53,772 nucleotides of DNA from Sphingomonas sp. (GCA_019747165.1 JAIERC010000220.1:1-53772); one strand, 5' to 3'; shown: positions 1 through 10,811, counted from the first letter of the stretch. Made by a program: numbers and translations. The notes: a model not told the origin generated them from the sequence alone.

Positions 1-74
1 TGAAACCAGCGGTTTGCTAAACCGCCGTACCGGGTTTACTGGTACCGAGGGTTCGAATCCCTCCGTCTCCGCCA
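1..74 (+). tRNA. tRNA-Ser(GCT), 5' end cut by window edge
   Basis: Anticodon arm GCGGT-TTGCTAA-ACCGC, long variable arm GTACCGG..CTGGTAC, T-arm GAGGG-TTCGAAT-CCCTC, encoded CCA ending at 74. Confidence 0.95.
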
Positions 75-251
75 AGGGCTAATCCCTAGCTACCCGGCCT
101 TCTCAGGGTCATTTCGGCGCATTGACGTTCGGGGGCACTCTTCGTCGCTCGACGCTTGGTAAGGAGTGCTGGTGGGCCGGCGTGGACGTGGCTTGGTCTT
201 TTGGGTTTTTGTGTCGGTTGCAGCCCGTTCGCTTCGCGCCAAAACAGCGGG

Positions 252-1397
252 CTATTGATCGGCGGGGTAGCTATGGTCGGCTATGACCCCGACATACCTG
301 CCGCGGGGCCTGATCAATCCGCCTGTGAAATTTTGCTCCATGATATGCGCGCACCAACCGATGGTCCGACCGAGAAGGAAGAGCCTGAACGGTGCCGATA
401 GGGGCAGGCCGAGCGCCTTGACCATCACGGCCATCGCAAAATCCGCATTGGGAAGCGCACCGGTTTGGTCGAGCACGGCGTCTGCTAGTTCCTGCAATTC
501 GTGCGGTGCGTGCAGCCCCTGCAGCATCGGCTGCGCTCGAGGATCGCCCGCAGGGTAGAGGGTGTGGCCAAAGCCCGGCATCGTCCGATCGCGTGATAAC
601 CAGAGCCGGACCGCATCTGGCGCGCCGAGGCGGTCAGCATCCGCCACCATGGCAGCCAGCGCAGCTGCAGCCCCGCCGTGACGCGGCCCTGACAAGGTGC
701 AGAGGCCGGCCAAGATGCAGGCGGGCTGTGATGCGCCGGTGGAAGCAGCGACCCGCGCCGCGAAGGTTGACGCGTTGAGGTCGTGATCCGCCATTAATAT
801 CATCGCCTGGCGCAACCGGTCCGCGACGCCGTCGCCACAATCCCAGCCTTTGGCGAGCCGTTCGTGAAGCGGCCGGTCACCTGGCGCTGCGCCACATACC
901 TGCGCCAGCTGTCCGACGATCGCTGCGGCTTCACGGGCAAGACTGTCTTTACCCCGCCCCAGAATCGGCACGCTGTCCGATGCAATCACCGCCAGCGCTT
1001 CAAAGGCGTTGGACCAGCTGATCGGGCCACTGGCAAAATCGGGTGCGCTTTGCACATCCCACAGAAGCGCTGCCGTGTCTTCCAAGCTTGCCTGCTGGGT
1101 CAGCGCAACAGCATCAACCCCGCGATAATATATTCTACCGCGATGAACATTGGAGACGCTCGTTGTGATTGATGGCTCACCCCATGCCATCGAACTTGCA
1201 GCAATCGACGCTGGCTTTTTGCCGCGCGCCTTTCGGGTCGCCACACCGTCGACATCCTCCACATTGTAGAGGCTGCGGCGCGCATCGTCTGGGTCGGGCA
1301 TCATCCGAATCTGGCCGCGGCTGACATAGGCGTAGAGCGATTGCGGTTTGACCATCAGCCGTTCCAGCGCGGCGTCGCGATTGATCCAGGCGTTCAT
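252..1397 (-). CDS. Citrate synthase-family protein with N-terminal helix-turn-helix
   Basis: N-terminal AALERLMVKPQSLYAYVSRG (excisionase/MerR-like HTH); CS motifs DHDLNASTF, GPRHGG, PGFGHTLY..GDPRA, NADF. Start set at ATG 1397. Confidence 0.85.
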   Translation of the reverse strand: MNAWINRDAALERLMVKPQSLYAYVSRGQIRMMPDPDDARRSLYNVEDVDGVATRKARGKKPASIAASSMAWGEPSITTSVSNVHRGRIYYRGVDAVALTQQASLEDTAALLWDVQSAPDFASGPISWSNAFEALAVIASDSVPILGRGKDSLAREAAAIVGQLAQVCGAAPGDRPLHERLAKGWDCGDGVADRLRQAMILMADHDLNASTFAARVAASTGASQPACILAGLCTLSGPRHGGAAAALAAMVADADRLGAPDAVRLWLSRDRTMPGFGHTLYPAGDPRAQPMLQGLHAPHELQELADAVLDQTGALPNADFAMAVMVKALGLPLSAPFRLFLLGRTIGWCAHIMEQNFTGGLIRPRGRYVGVIADHSYPADQ

Positions 1398-1473
1398 ATT
1401 GATTCTGTCTATCAAGATTGATTGCTCGTGCCAATGCGGCAGGAAAGGGGGGTTCGAAACGACTGGAGCCACC

Positions 1474-2847
1474 ATGACCGATTTAATCGCTCACCTCATT
1501 CTCAAGGACATCTTGGCCGCGCTCAACCTGCCAACGGCATTGGCGAATCGGGTGACCTTTGACGGTTGCGACCGGTTACCCTCTTGTTTGCCCGTCCCCG
1601 ATCTCGCCGTTGCGTCGATCGGGGCTGCCTGTGCGGCGGTCGCGACCCTCGCCGCTGCTGGGGGGCAGGTTGCCCATGTTTCGGTCGATTACCGGCTGGC
1701 TTCGCTTTGGTTCGGCTGGTCAATCCGTCCCGACGGGTGGGCGATGCCATCGCCTTGGGACGCGATCGCTGGGGATTATCAAGCGTGTGACGGTTGGATC
1801 AAGCTTCACACCAATGCGCCACATCACCGCGCTGCCGCGTTGTCTGTGCTGGCGTGCGAACCGACCCGCGAGGCCGTGGCGGTAGCCGTAGCCGCGCGCC
1901 ATGCTGACGCGCTCGAAGCGGCCGTGATCGCCGCTGGGGGCTGTGCGGCAAAATTAATGTCCCCGGCCGAATGGGCGGCACATCCGCAAGGCCTGGCGGT
2001 CGCCAACGAATCGATCGTCCTCTGGAACGATGCGGCGTCCGGCGAACGACGGGACTGGCAGCCTCTGCCGGACCGGCCGCTTGCGGGCATCAGGGTGCTC
2101 GACCTGACCAGGGTCTTGGCGGGTCCGGTCGCGACGCGATTCCTGGCCGGTTTTGGTGCAGAGGTGCTCCGCATCGATCCGCCCGGCTGGGACGAACCTG
2201 GGGTCATTCCGGAAGTGTCGCTTGGTAAACGCTGCGCCCGACTTGATATGCGCCAGCCTGCTGACCGCGACACATTCACTCAATTGCTCGCTGGCGCCGA
2301 TATCCTGGTGCACGGCTACCGGGCCGATGCGCTCGATCGGCTAGGCCTTGGGGCGGCGGCGCGCCAGGTGATCAGGCCAGGGCTGATCGACGTCTCGCTG
2401 AACGCCTATGGCCATGGCGGTCCATGGGCCAACCGGCGCGGCTTCGACAGCCTGGTGCAGTTCTCATCGGGCATCGCCGCCGAGGGCATGACATGGCGTG
2501 GTGCCAACGCCCCGGTGTCGTTGCCGGTTCAGGCGCTTGACCATGCGACCGGCTATCTGATCGCCGCCGCCGCCATCCGTGGCCTGATCGCAAGGCTTTC
2601 GGGGGAGGGATTGACCTGCGCGCGGCTGTCGCTGGCGCGAACCGCAACGCTGCTCAGCGATCACCAGACTTATCCAGACGATCGGTCATTCGTGCCAGCG
2701 CACGAGTCGGACTATGTCAACACGATCGAGCCGACCGATTGGGGACCAGCCCGGCGGTTGCGTCCGCCCGCCGCAATCAATGGCATCCCGATGCAGTGGG
2801 AAAGGCCCGCCGCCAGGCTCGGTTCGTCCACCGCGACCTGGGATTAA
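1474..2847 (+). CDS. Family III CoA-transferase (CaiB/BaiF)
   Basis: PLAGIRVLDLTRVLAGP, RRGFDSLVQ, LDHATGY; GGAG RBS before ATG 1474. Confidence 0.9.
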   Translation: MTDLIAHLILKDILAALNLPTALANRVTFDGCDRLPSCLPVPDLAVASIGAACAAVATLAAAGGQVAHVSVDYRLASLWFGWSIRPDGWAMPSPWDAIAGDYQACDGWIKLHTNAPHHRAAALSVLACEPTREAVAVAVAARHADALEAAVIAAGGCAAKLMSPAEWAAHPQGLAVANESIVLWNDAASGERRDWQPLPDRPLAGIRVLDLTRVLAGPVATRFLAGFGAEVLRIDPPGWDEPGVIPEVSLGKRCARLDMRQPADRDTFTQLLAGADILVHGYRADALDRLGLGAAARQVIRPGLIDVSLNAYGHGGPWANRRGFDSLVQFSSGIAAEGMTWRGANAPVSLPVQALDHATGYLIAAAAIRGLIARLSGEGLTCARLSLARTATLLSDHQTYPDDRSFVPAHESDYVNTIEPTDWGPARRLRPPAAINGIPMQWERPAARLGSSTATWD

Positions 2848-3359
2848 GCGACTGCCGCTGCCATCTCGGCGAGTTTTGCTACCGTATTCATGTTGCGTGC
2901 CGTTCCTCGTTTCTCACCCGGTATGCGCAGCCGGGTGTTGGCCAGGCCGTCCGGATAAAGCACGAACAAGGCGCGGTTCCCCAGGCGCAGTTGCTCGTTC
3001 TTGATCCCCGTCACGCCATCAAACGGATCGGTCGGAAGCGCCACATCCATGAACAACGCCATGACATGATTGCCGGGCGAGTCCGGGAAGGGGTTGCGGG
3101 CGAGGGTGTCGGCGATCTCGGCGGCCGTCCGCACAATCACGCCGACGCTTTTGCCAGCATAGGCATGAAGCTGATCCTCAAGCGCGGATCGCACCTGATC
3201 CTCTGACCCTTCGCTTCCAAAAACCGCATTACCACTGGCGATATAGGTTTTCACCTTCTCAAACCCGGCGGTCGCGCACATTTGCGCCAGCGCGGTCATC
3301 GCCAGTTTACCGGTGCCGCCGACATTTACTGCGCGAAGCAGGGCTACATATCCGGTCAA
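2844..3359 (-). CDS. DUF1697 family protein
   Basis: YVALLRAVNVGG, VKTYIASGN, TARNMNTVAKL. Confidence 0.85.
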   Translation of the reverse strand: MTGYVALLRAVNVGGTGKLAMTALAQMCATAGFEKVKTYIASGNAVFGSEGSEDQVRSALEDQLHAYAGKSVGVIVRTAAEIADTLARNPFPDSPGNHVMALFMDVALPTDPFDGVTGIKNEQLRLGNRALFVLYPDGLANTRLRIPGEKRGTARNMNTVAKLAEMAAAVA

Positions 3360-3509
3360 CTGCGCGCTCCGCTATTTCACGCCCGTTATCATGGGATGCG
3401 CCGCCGCCTCTGTCAGATAACGCAACAGCATTCAGCTAAACTCCGCTATATGTGCCACGCAGCATGGCTTGTTTCAAAGCGCTGCTTACTGGCAGCAGGG
3501 GCGGAGCGG

Positions 3510-4349
3510 TTACTTATCGAGGAGCGGCCGGAATAGCATGGTGTCCGACCAAACCTTCCACAGGAAGGCAACAAAGACCAGTGACCAACAACCAAAGATC
3601 GTCAAGTCAATCACGCGCACACCCATGTATTGGGCGTCAATCAACCCTGGACCGTACCAGAGCGCGAACAGCGCCCAGGCCATTACCAAAAAGCGTAGCT
3701 CGGTTGCACCCATCCCATAATAGGACAGGTGATGGGTCTTGAGGACCAACACCTTCAGATAGGTGAAGCTGGTCATCAGCAGATACATCGAAAGCGCAAG
3801 CTGCGCTGAAAACAGGGTGAAATATGGCGAAAGCCCTAACCCGACGAAGATGAGGGTTTGCGAGATAAGGTCGCAGGAGTGATCAAGGAAATAGCCAAAG
3901 TCCGGCCGCTCGATCTTGCGGTAACGGGCAAGCGTGCCGTCCAGCGAGTCGCCGAGCCAGTTCAGGAAAAGCCCGAGGATTGCGATGGAAACGAACCAGG
4001 GCGAGGCGTTGCAAGCCGCGAATCCGACCAGGACGAGAAGAGCGCCAACCAGGCCGAGGAGTGTTAGCTGATCGGGAGTTACTGCCGACGGGGTCCGCGC
4101 GGCCAGCGACTGCAAGATATTGCGTTCATGGGTCCCCAGAAAGCTGTTGTTCACGCGGACATGATGGACCGGCTTACCTGGTTCCTTATCTGGCGCACCG
4201 TCCTGGATTGGATCTGATTTTGGCGTTGGCTCGCTGCCTTGCTGGGGGAGATTCGACTGAGTTGAAGGAAGCTCAGCCAGAGTCGTCTTACGTTTCGCGC
4301 GCGGAGGTCCCTGATCGGCTCCATCGCTTTGGGAAAGCTTCAACGACAA
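3510..4349 (-). CDS. CDP-alcohol phosphatidyltransferase family protein
   Basis: TPDQLT and DSLDGTLARYRKIERPDFGYFLDHSCD signature; several hydrophobic helices; start uncertain. Confidence 0.88.
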   Translation of the reverse strand: MSLKLSQSDGADQGPPRAKRKTTLAELPSTQSNLPQQGSEPTPKSDPIQDGAPDKEPGKPVHHVRVNNSFLGTHERNILQSLAARTPSAVTPDQLTLLGLVGALLVLVGFAACNASPWFVSIAILGLFLNWLGDSLDGTLARYRKIERPDFGYFLDHSCDLISQTLIFVGLGLSPYFTLFSAQLALSMYLLMTSFTYLKVLVLKTHHLSYYGMGATELRFLVMAWALFALWYGPGLIDAQYMGVRVIDLTIFGCWSLVFVAFLWKVWSDTMLFRPLLDK

Positions 4350-4666
4350 ATCCTCCGCGGATAAACTCTCAGGGCCTCGGCATGGCTTTGCCCGTTTTCG
4401 CTGTTTGTGACGAGTGGCTTATACAATTCTCAGCCGCGTTGTAATAATTTTCGCTGCTGCAGCGCACAATTTGCCCGGCAACGCTAGGGAGCTAAGCCAG
4501 CGGCATTTGTGTCGGCGCGCAATCCGTGCCAACCCACCAGCGAAATCGGAGTGGTCCATATCAGAACCCGCAAGGATTTCCTGTCCCCCAATTCAGTTGT
4601 AAATTATTTCGAACGGCCGACGCTAAATACAAAAGTTCCAATAAATATCCTATTGACGAAAATAAT

Positions 4667-5980
4667 ATGAGTACCGCTATGCGACCCGTTATAGCTTATG
4701 ATGTGATGCGGTTGTTTATTGGCCCAGCATTTCTGACGCCGCGGGGCATAGATAGGGTGGATTTAGCACTCGCCCATTATCTTTTCAGCGATGAATCGAG
4801 TCAGAATATCGGCGTATTGCCAACGCCTATCGGCGTATACGCATTTTCGGCGGCGCAGATCAGGGTCTTTTTGGCGTATATTCAAATATTATGGGCAGAA
4901 GATGTCGGCCCGACGGGCGATGTCCAGTTGCAAGGGCTGGTGAACAAGATCTTACGGCAGCACGATGATGCCTCGCCCGCACCGCCGTCACTGCCCACGC
5001 CATCGCTTGCGTTTCGGGACAAGGTTTGGCGGATGCTGCGCATGCTGTACATGACGGGCTTGTTTCCTCGAGGTTTTGCGGGCCGTGCGGTGCCGGCCAA
5101 CGCCATCTATCTCAACATCGGGCAGCTAGGGCTGGCGATCCCATCCTTCTTCAACTGGCTCGGTAAGCGTCCCGACATTACCCGCGCCATGATGGTCCAC
5201 GATGCGATACCGATTGATTATCCGCATCTGGTTGGGAACAAGGCGCCATTGTATCACCGGCAGATGATCCGCACGGCGGCAGAGCATGCCGATTGCCTGA
5301 TCTTCAATTCCGCCTACACGCGCGCTACCGTAAGCGCCGTGATGCAGGACTTTGGCCGTGGCTTTCCCCCGAGCCTGGTGCGATCGCTGCCCTTGTCATC
5401 GGCCTTTATCGACGTCCAAGCTGATGTCCCCGCGCTCCGCGACAAACGCTATTTTCTGGCCGTCTCAACTATCGAGCCGCGCAAGAATTACGCGTTGATC
5501 CTGCGCATCTGGCAGCGCTTTGTCGCAACCATGGGGCCTACGGCGCCGCATCTCATCATCGTTGGCGCGTTGGGGAACGGCGCTGAAACGATCCTAGAGC
5601 CGTTAAAGTCCGATCCCGCGCTGGCCGAACGGGTTCACCATGTTGCCGGCCTGTCGAGTCCTGCGTTGGCATCGCTCGTGCTGGGGGCTGCGGGCATGTT
5701 GTGCCCCTCTCTTGCAGAAGGCTTTGGCCTGCCCTTGCTAGAGGCGAACGCACTGGGTGTGCCGACCATTGCCTCCGATATTCCGGCCCATCGCGAAGTG
5801 GCAACCGCAACAACGGTCCTATTGCCCACAGACGATGAGGCGGGCTGGGCGCGCGCGATCACGGCGTTGCCTGACGTGACAAAGGGCCGTCCACGAGAAA
5901 TCCCCGCTGCGCTGACCGAATCTGCCTATTGCGCCGACATTGTGGACTTCGTCAGCAACATTCGGGTGCGGGCGACTTAG
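4667..5980 (+). CDS. GT4 (GT-B) glycosyltransferase
   Basis: TPRGIDRV, STIEPRKNY, PSLAEGFGLPLLEA, SDIPAHRE; start set at ATG 4667. Confidence 0.88.
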   Translation: MSTAMRPVIAYDVMRLFIGPAFLTPRGIDRVDLALAHYLFSDESSQNIGVLPTPIGVYAFSAAQIRVFLAYIQILWAEDVGPTGDVQLQGLVNKILRQHDDASPAPPSLPTPSLAFRDKVWRMLRMLYMTGLFPRGFAGRAVPANAIYLNIGQLGLAIPSFFNWLGKRPDITRAMMVHDAIPIDYPHLVGNKAPLYHRQMIRTAAEHADCLIFNSAYTRATVSAVMQDFGRGFPPSLVRSLPLSSAFIDVQADVPALRDKRYFLAVSTIEPRKNYALILRIWQRFVATMGPTAPHLIIVGALGNGAETILEPLKSDPALAERVHHVAGLSSPALASLVLGAAGMLCPSLAEGFGLPLLEANALGVPTIASDIPAHREVATATTVLLPTDDEAGWARAITALPDVTKGRPREIPAALTESAYCADIVDFVSNIRVRAT

Positions 5981-6001
5981 GGTGAAAACCTGCGCAAGGG
6001 T

Positions 6002-6232
6002 TTAGAGCAGCTTAATCGGCTCAGTAGCCCGGGCGCCGGCCAAATAGATCACATCCTTTTTCTGAGGGATGAATTTCTGCGCTCGGAAATAGGTGCAGGG
6101 TTTCAAGATGTTGATGTGGTAGACCGCCGGGTGACCTGTGCCGTCTGGGTTTTTCTCATCCCGGGACTCGAACACCGCTGCACGGTCAGCGAGATTGTCG
6201 TTCGCCCCTCCAATAGGCGCTAGCGCCTCCAT
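6002..6232 (-). pseudogene. C-terminal fragment of an OPX (Wza/BexD-like) polysaccharide export protein
   Basis: AVYHINILKPCTYFRAQKFIPQKKDVIY aligns by eye with AVVYHLNMLKPESYFLAQMYVIKDKDVIL of the 7673-8800 protein. Confidence 0.7.
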
Positions 6233-6365
6233 CCGCGAAACCTAACGGGTGGGAAGATCGCGAAGCTACCGATCATTACTCAATTTACGGTGGCGATAGT
6301 CATCACTAGCTGGCGCTTTGCCGACAGCGTCCAGTTCAAGCTCATCGCAATGGACGAGCGGCACC

Positions 6366-7667
6366 TTAAGCTATTCCCAACTTGGCATATAATTCTTGCA
6401 TGCGCTCCCCAAAGCGCGCGTCGCTGAAATTTTGGGCTTGTTCCAGCCCGGCTTTGCTTAGCTTTTCGCACAGGCCCGGCTCATCTTCGAGTCGCCGGAT
6501 TGCTGCGGCGATGGCGCTGCTCTGATAGGGGTCAACCAGCAACGCAGCGTCGCCGGCAACCTCCGGCAGCGAGGAGGTGGTCGACGTAATCGTCGGCGTA
6601 CCCAATTGCATGCTCTCGAGGACCGGTAGACCAAAGCCCTCGTACAGCGACGGAAATAAAACAGCCTTTGCTGTGCGGATCAGCCGAAAGAGACTGACGC
6701 GCGGCAAATATTGCAGCTGAACGATGCGCTCGCCGAGATTGCGACCATAAACACTACCATCAGCACCGAGCATTCGCGTTTCGCCGGACATTCCCCAGTC
6801 GCGCGAACTAACAATGACCAGCGGTAATGTACTTTGTGACGAAAGATAGCCATCGACAATTCTGCCAATATTTTTCTTTGGGTCTACTGCTCCGAAGAAA
6901 AGATAATATCCTTTCTCCTTCAAGCCAAATGTATTGAGGATGAAGCCGGCGTCCGCTTCCAAAGATCCATTGGCAATTTCAAGGGGCACCGGACTCGATT
7001 GATAAGTATTGGTGACCTTATTTGGATTGGTGTCAGGAAAGATTTCCAAAATGTCACGACGGCTTGCTTCCGAAACCGAAATAATGTGGTCACTCATCGC
7101 CAAGCATCTCGCGATCAACCTATGATAAGACAGTTTATTATCAAGTGTCGCCTGCGGCAGCTTAAGCGGCACCAGATCATGGATTGTGTAGATATTTCGC
7201 GTGTTCTCCAGGCGGATGGGAAGCGGATAGGTCCAGTGCATCACCTCAGGCGGGTTTGGCATGGACACGGTCGTCGTCCGACCAAAATAGACAAAGCGCG
7301 CCCATGCAGCTTCGAATAGCAAAGGGGATGTCCACAGGGCCGAAAAATCGGGCAGCCGGAAGCCAAAGCTTCGCTTATCAACCGCATCGGTAAGCGGAAC
7401 CTGAATCAACCGGCTGGTCGCGCGCGCCTGAACAGTCTTCAGCCCAACCTTGCGGGCAATCTCTCCGGGCTTCAGCCGATGGCCGTGGCCGAAATGATCA
7501 AAGAACAGGATTTCACGCATTTGAGGACGCTTGCCCGCGTCCATACCGAATATCCCTTCAACCTGATGGCCGGCTTGCCGCAGGATCGTCGCCAAGGAAG
7601 CGCCATAATTGGCGACCCCGGTACCATCAACTATTGAAAGATTGAACCCGTCAATCCCAACGCGCAT
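6366..7667 (-). CDS. GT4 glycosyltransferase
   Basis: GTGVANY, TIHDLVPL, GAVDPKKN, FPSLYEGFGLPVLESM, SLPEVAGDAA. Confidence 0.92.
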   Translation of the reverse strand: MRVGIDGFNLSIVDGTGVANYGASLATILRQAGHQVEGIFGMDAGKRPQMREILFFDHFGHGHRLKPGEIARKVGLKTVQARATSRLIQVPLTDAVDKRSFGFRLPDFSALWTSPLLFEAAWARFVYFGRTTTVSMPNPPEVMHWTYPLPIRLENTRNIYTIHDLVPLKLPQATLDNKLSYHRLIARCLAMSDHIISVSEASRRDILEIFPDTNPNKVTNTYQSSPVPLEIANGSLEADAGFILNTFGLKEKGYYLFFGAVDPKKNIGRIVDGYLSSQSTLPLVIVSSRDWGMSGETRMLGADGSVYGRNLGERIVQLQYLPRVSLFRLIRTAKAVLFPSLYEGFGLPVLESMQLGTPTITSTTSSLPEVAGDAALLVDPYQSSAIAAAIRRLEDEPGLCEKLSKAGLEQAQNFSDARFGERMQELYAKLGIA

Positions 7668-7672
7668 GATGT

Positions 7673-8800
7673 TTATCTCAAAAGAAAGAGCGCAGGGAGA
7701 ATCGGATTTATAATCTGCGTTATAAACGTCGCCAGCTTCTGCGGCAAGTTGGACGGTGAGTTAGAGAACAGAATTACGTCCTTGTCCTTAATCACGTACA
7801 TCTGTGCTAGGAAATAGCTTTCCGGCTTCAGCATATTAAGATGATACACCACGGCACGCGGGTTTTCGTCATCTGGTCCCTTCTCCAGCCGAAAAACGTA
7901 AACCCCGCGCGGGTTGGCCCGGCTATCAGACGGTCCGGCCGCGCGAGCCGTTGCTTCGGCGAGACTGACGGCCTTTGCCTCCAATGAAATCTGGCTGACT
8001 TTGTCGGTCGCTCCAAAAACCGTGTAACTCGGTCGCCGCAATACGACTTCCACACGGTCATCGGGCATCAACTCCAGATTGGAAAGTTCTTCGCTTGATA
8101 TCTCGTTCAGCGGCGCCTGCGCGACCTGCGTACCGCGAACAATCTTGATTTCCACATTGTTGACATTGTCAGCGGGACCACCAGCTATCGCTAGCATGTC
8201 CAAGAGCTTCTCGTGCGCTGCAGTCAAGCGATAGCGCCCCGGTTTTACAATCGCGCCGGACATGTAAACTACATTATGTGCAGTATCGGTGATATTGACG
8301 ACGACCTGCGGGCTTTCCGACACGATTTTCAGCCTTCGGCGCAGCTCCTCTGCCAATTTCTCTGGATAAATGCCCGCAGCCCGCACTGTCCCCAGATAGG
8401 GCAGATCAACATTGCCGCCTTCACGGACGACAGCGACAATCTGCTGTGCGCCAGCGGTCGGCGCGCGAATGGCATCAGTGAGATTGGCTTGGCCCGAAAA
8501 CAAACCGACTCCAACCTCAAAAACGAGGATTGACAAGGTGTCGCCCTCGCGGATCATGTCGGCCCGCCCATGCGTCGCATTCGACGACAAGACGCGCATT
8601 TGGGTCACGCCCATGCTCTGTGAAGGCGGCAGCGCTTTGATCAACTGGGGCGTAATGTCGACCACCGTGTAAGGCATCTCGGCATTACTGCGTGCGCCGC
8701 GGAGCACTGCCGACGACGTTGGTCCGCTTGACGGAAGCGTCGCGCAGCCAGCCAATGCCGAGCCCAAAAATATCAAAGCAATCTTCTGAAATCGTCTCAT
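7673..8800 (-). CDS. Capsule export outer-membrane lipoprotein (OPX; BexD/CtrA/Wza-like)
   Basis: Lipoprotein signal MRRFQK...LAGC then LPSSGP; GDTLSI, GNVDLPYLGTVRAAG poly-export motif; SLBB-like repeats. Confidence 0.88.
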   Translation of the reverse strand: MRRFQKIALIFLGSALAGCATLPSSGPTSSAVLRGARSNAEMPYTVVDITPQLIKALPPSQSMGVTQMRVLSSNATHGRADMIREGDTLSILVFEVGVGLFSGQANLTDAIRAPTAGAQQIVAVVREGGNVDLPYLGTVRAAGIYPEKLAEELRRRLKIVSESPQVVVNITDTAHNVVYMSGAIVKPGRYRLTAAHEKLLDMLAIAGGPADNVNNVEIKIVRGTQVAQAPLNEISSEELSNLELMPDDRVEVVLRRPSYTVFGATDKVSQISLEAKAVSLAEATARAAGPSDSRANPRGVYVFRLEKGPDDENPRAVVYHLNMLKPESYFLAQMYVIKDKDVILFSNSPSNLPQKLATFITQIINPILPALFLLR

Positions 8801-8985
8801 TTTGCCCGTGTCTCGAACAGGCGAAGGTTGGCGCCGGCCACCGAAACGAATGGCCGGGACGGCAGCGAGGCGGTTCATCATGCCGAGGCAGATGCCAACT
8901 TTCGATACGAGGCGCAACTCTTTTCCACCGGCATCAAACTGCGAAAAATCGACGAAATTGTGCGAGCTAAATCCGCTAGGCGGCC

Positions 8986-9678
8986 TCAATTCACGTCGAT
9001 TTTCTCCGAGACAGGCGACGGGAGGCGCATTTGTAAAGCATGATGCACCTCATTGGCTTCGGTTGCAGTATCATACATTGTCAATGCGCCCCCATAGAGC
9101 ACGGCCCCACGGGTACAATAACGCTCCAGCGTTCCCGGATCGTGAGAGGTCATGATCAACGCTGCACGATCCCGCCGCGATAGAAGTTCTTCCTCGCACC
9201 GTCGGCGAAAACGCGCATCGCCTACGGACGTCACTTCGTCAACAATGTAGCAATCGAATTCGATCGCGAGCGATACCCCAAAGGCCAGACGAGATATCAT
9301 ACCCGACGAATAGTTGACGACCGGCTGATCCATAAAGACGCCAAGCTGCGCAAAATCCTCGACATATGCAAGGACATCCTTTTCATCCTTTCCATAGATT
9401 CGGGCGATGAACCGCACATTGTCAGCGCCCGACGTCAAGGTTTGGAAACAGTTGGCGAGGCCGATCGGCCATGAGGTTCGCATATTGCGAGTCACTGTGC
9501 CCGCGGTTGGATGTTCGATACCTGCGATTAGCCGCAGCAATGTGGATTTGCCCGCTCCGTTCGCACCGCAAATGCCGAGGCTGTCGCGCGGCTTTATCGC
9601 GAAGTTGAGCCGGTCGAACACCCGGTTGACAAGCCCTAGCGTCCGATATGTTTTCGATACGTCCGTAAACGTGATCAT
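8986..9678 (-). CDS. kpsT: Capsular polysaccharide ABC transporter ATP-binding subunit
   Basis: GANGAGKST, YSSGMISRLAFG, YIVDEVTSVGDARF. Confidence 0.9.
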   Translation of the reverse strand: MITFTDVSKTYRTLGLVNRVFDRLNFAIKPRDSLGICGANGAGKSTLLRLIAGIEHPTAGTVTRNMRTSWPIGLANCFQTLTSGADNVRFIARIYGKDEKDVLAYVEDFAQLGVFMDQPVVNYSSGMISRLAFGVSLAIEFDCYIVDEVTSVGDARFRRRCEEELLSRRDRAALIMTSHDPGTLERYCTRGAVLYGGALTMYDTATEANEVHHALQMRLPSPVSEKIDVN

Positions 9679-9881
9679 CGAGGCAGCCGATCAGTTTTGC
9701 GCATTAGCGATAGCGCCCCTGGGGAGACGGGCGCTTCCTTGACGGTTATATGTCGTCAGCCTCGTACATGCTGCAAGCCCCTTGAGACCACCCCCTTAGA
9801 ATAAATTGTCAACCGCGTTGCGTTTGCCATAGATTGCAAGCTGATCGTGACGTAACGCGCTCGTGATCCAAATCCACATGC

Positions 9882-10811
9882 TTGGCTGCCCTGGCCAAGG
9901 CGATAGCGATGGCCAGGGTGAGTCAGGTTACAAGGATGATATCTCGAATGAAGTCGATCTTTACAAAACCCTCCGTGCCGGTTGCTTTGACGTCTGCGTC
10001 GGTCGCAATTGGCCCGCCGACCTTGGCCAAGCCCGTCTCCCAAGCGTGTACGGCGAACCAGTTCCTTGAAGATGCCTATGCTTACTGGTGCGAGCAGCTT
10101 TTTGAGGGCCAGCGTATGCACCGCAAACAATGGGAATTTTGCTATATCGCGCAGGCACTTTCGCTGGCCGGCGCGCTTAGCCCGGGGCGCTGCGGCGTGG
10201 GTTTCGGGGTCGGAGCAGAGCCGCTGGGCGCCCTGTTTGCGGCGCGAGGCGCAAAGATTGTTGGCACCGACCTAGAACCGGAACAGGCAAAAAGCGATGG
10301 CTGGATCGATACCGATCAGCATGCGTCGGGCAAGCATGCGATGAACGACCGGGGCATTTGCCCTGCCGACCGGTTCGAGCGCAACGTCAGCTTTCGCTTT
10401 GCCGATATGAATGACATCCCGGCCGAGATCGGACATTTCGATTTCTGCTGGTCGGCCTGCGCATTCGAGCATTTGGGGTCAATCAGCAATGGTCATGACT
10501 TCATTCTGAATACAGCGCGCCTGCTCAAGCCTGGCGGGACCAGCGTGCACACGACGGAGCTGAACTGCTCGTCGAATGACGAGACGCTGTCCTCCGGCTC
10601 GACCGTTCTCTTCCGAAGGCGCGATTTTGAAGCGATGGCCGCCGATCTCACGAAGATGGGATTTGAAGTCGCTTTCAATTGGGACTTGGGCGACCAGCCG
10701 CTCGATTATCATGTAGATATGCCGCCATATTCGGAAGATAAACACCTGAAATTACAGCTTGATCGATGGGTGTCTACTTCGTTCGGCCTGATCATTCGTA
10801 AACCTTTGTGA
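9882..10811 (+). CDS. Class I SAM-dependent methyltransferase
   Basis: HRKQWEF, GFGVGAE motif I, FDFCWSACAFEH, LLKPGG; true start may be a downstream ATG. Confidence 0.85.
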   Translation: MAALAKAIAMARVSQVTRMISRMKSIFTKPSVPVALTSASVAIGPPTLAKPVSQACTANQFLEDAYAYWCEQLFEGQRMHRKQWEFCYIAQALSLAGALSPGRCGVGFGVGAEPLGALFAARGAKIVGTDLEPEQAKSDGWIDTDQHASGKHAMNDRGICPADRFERNVSFRFADMNDIPAEIGHFDFCWSACAFEHLGSISNGHDFILNTARLLKPGGTSVHTTELNCSSNDETLSSGSTVLFRRRDFEAMAADLTKMGFEVAFNWDLGDQPLDYHVDMPPYSEDKHLKLQLDRWVSTSFGLIIRKPL

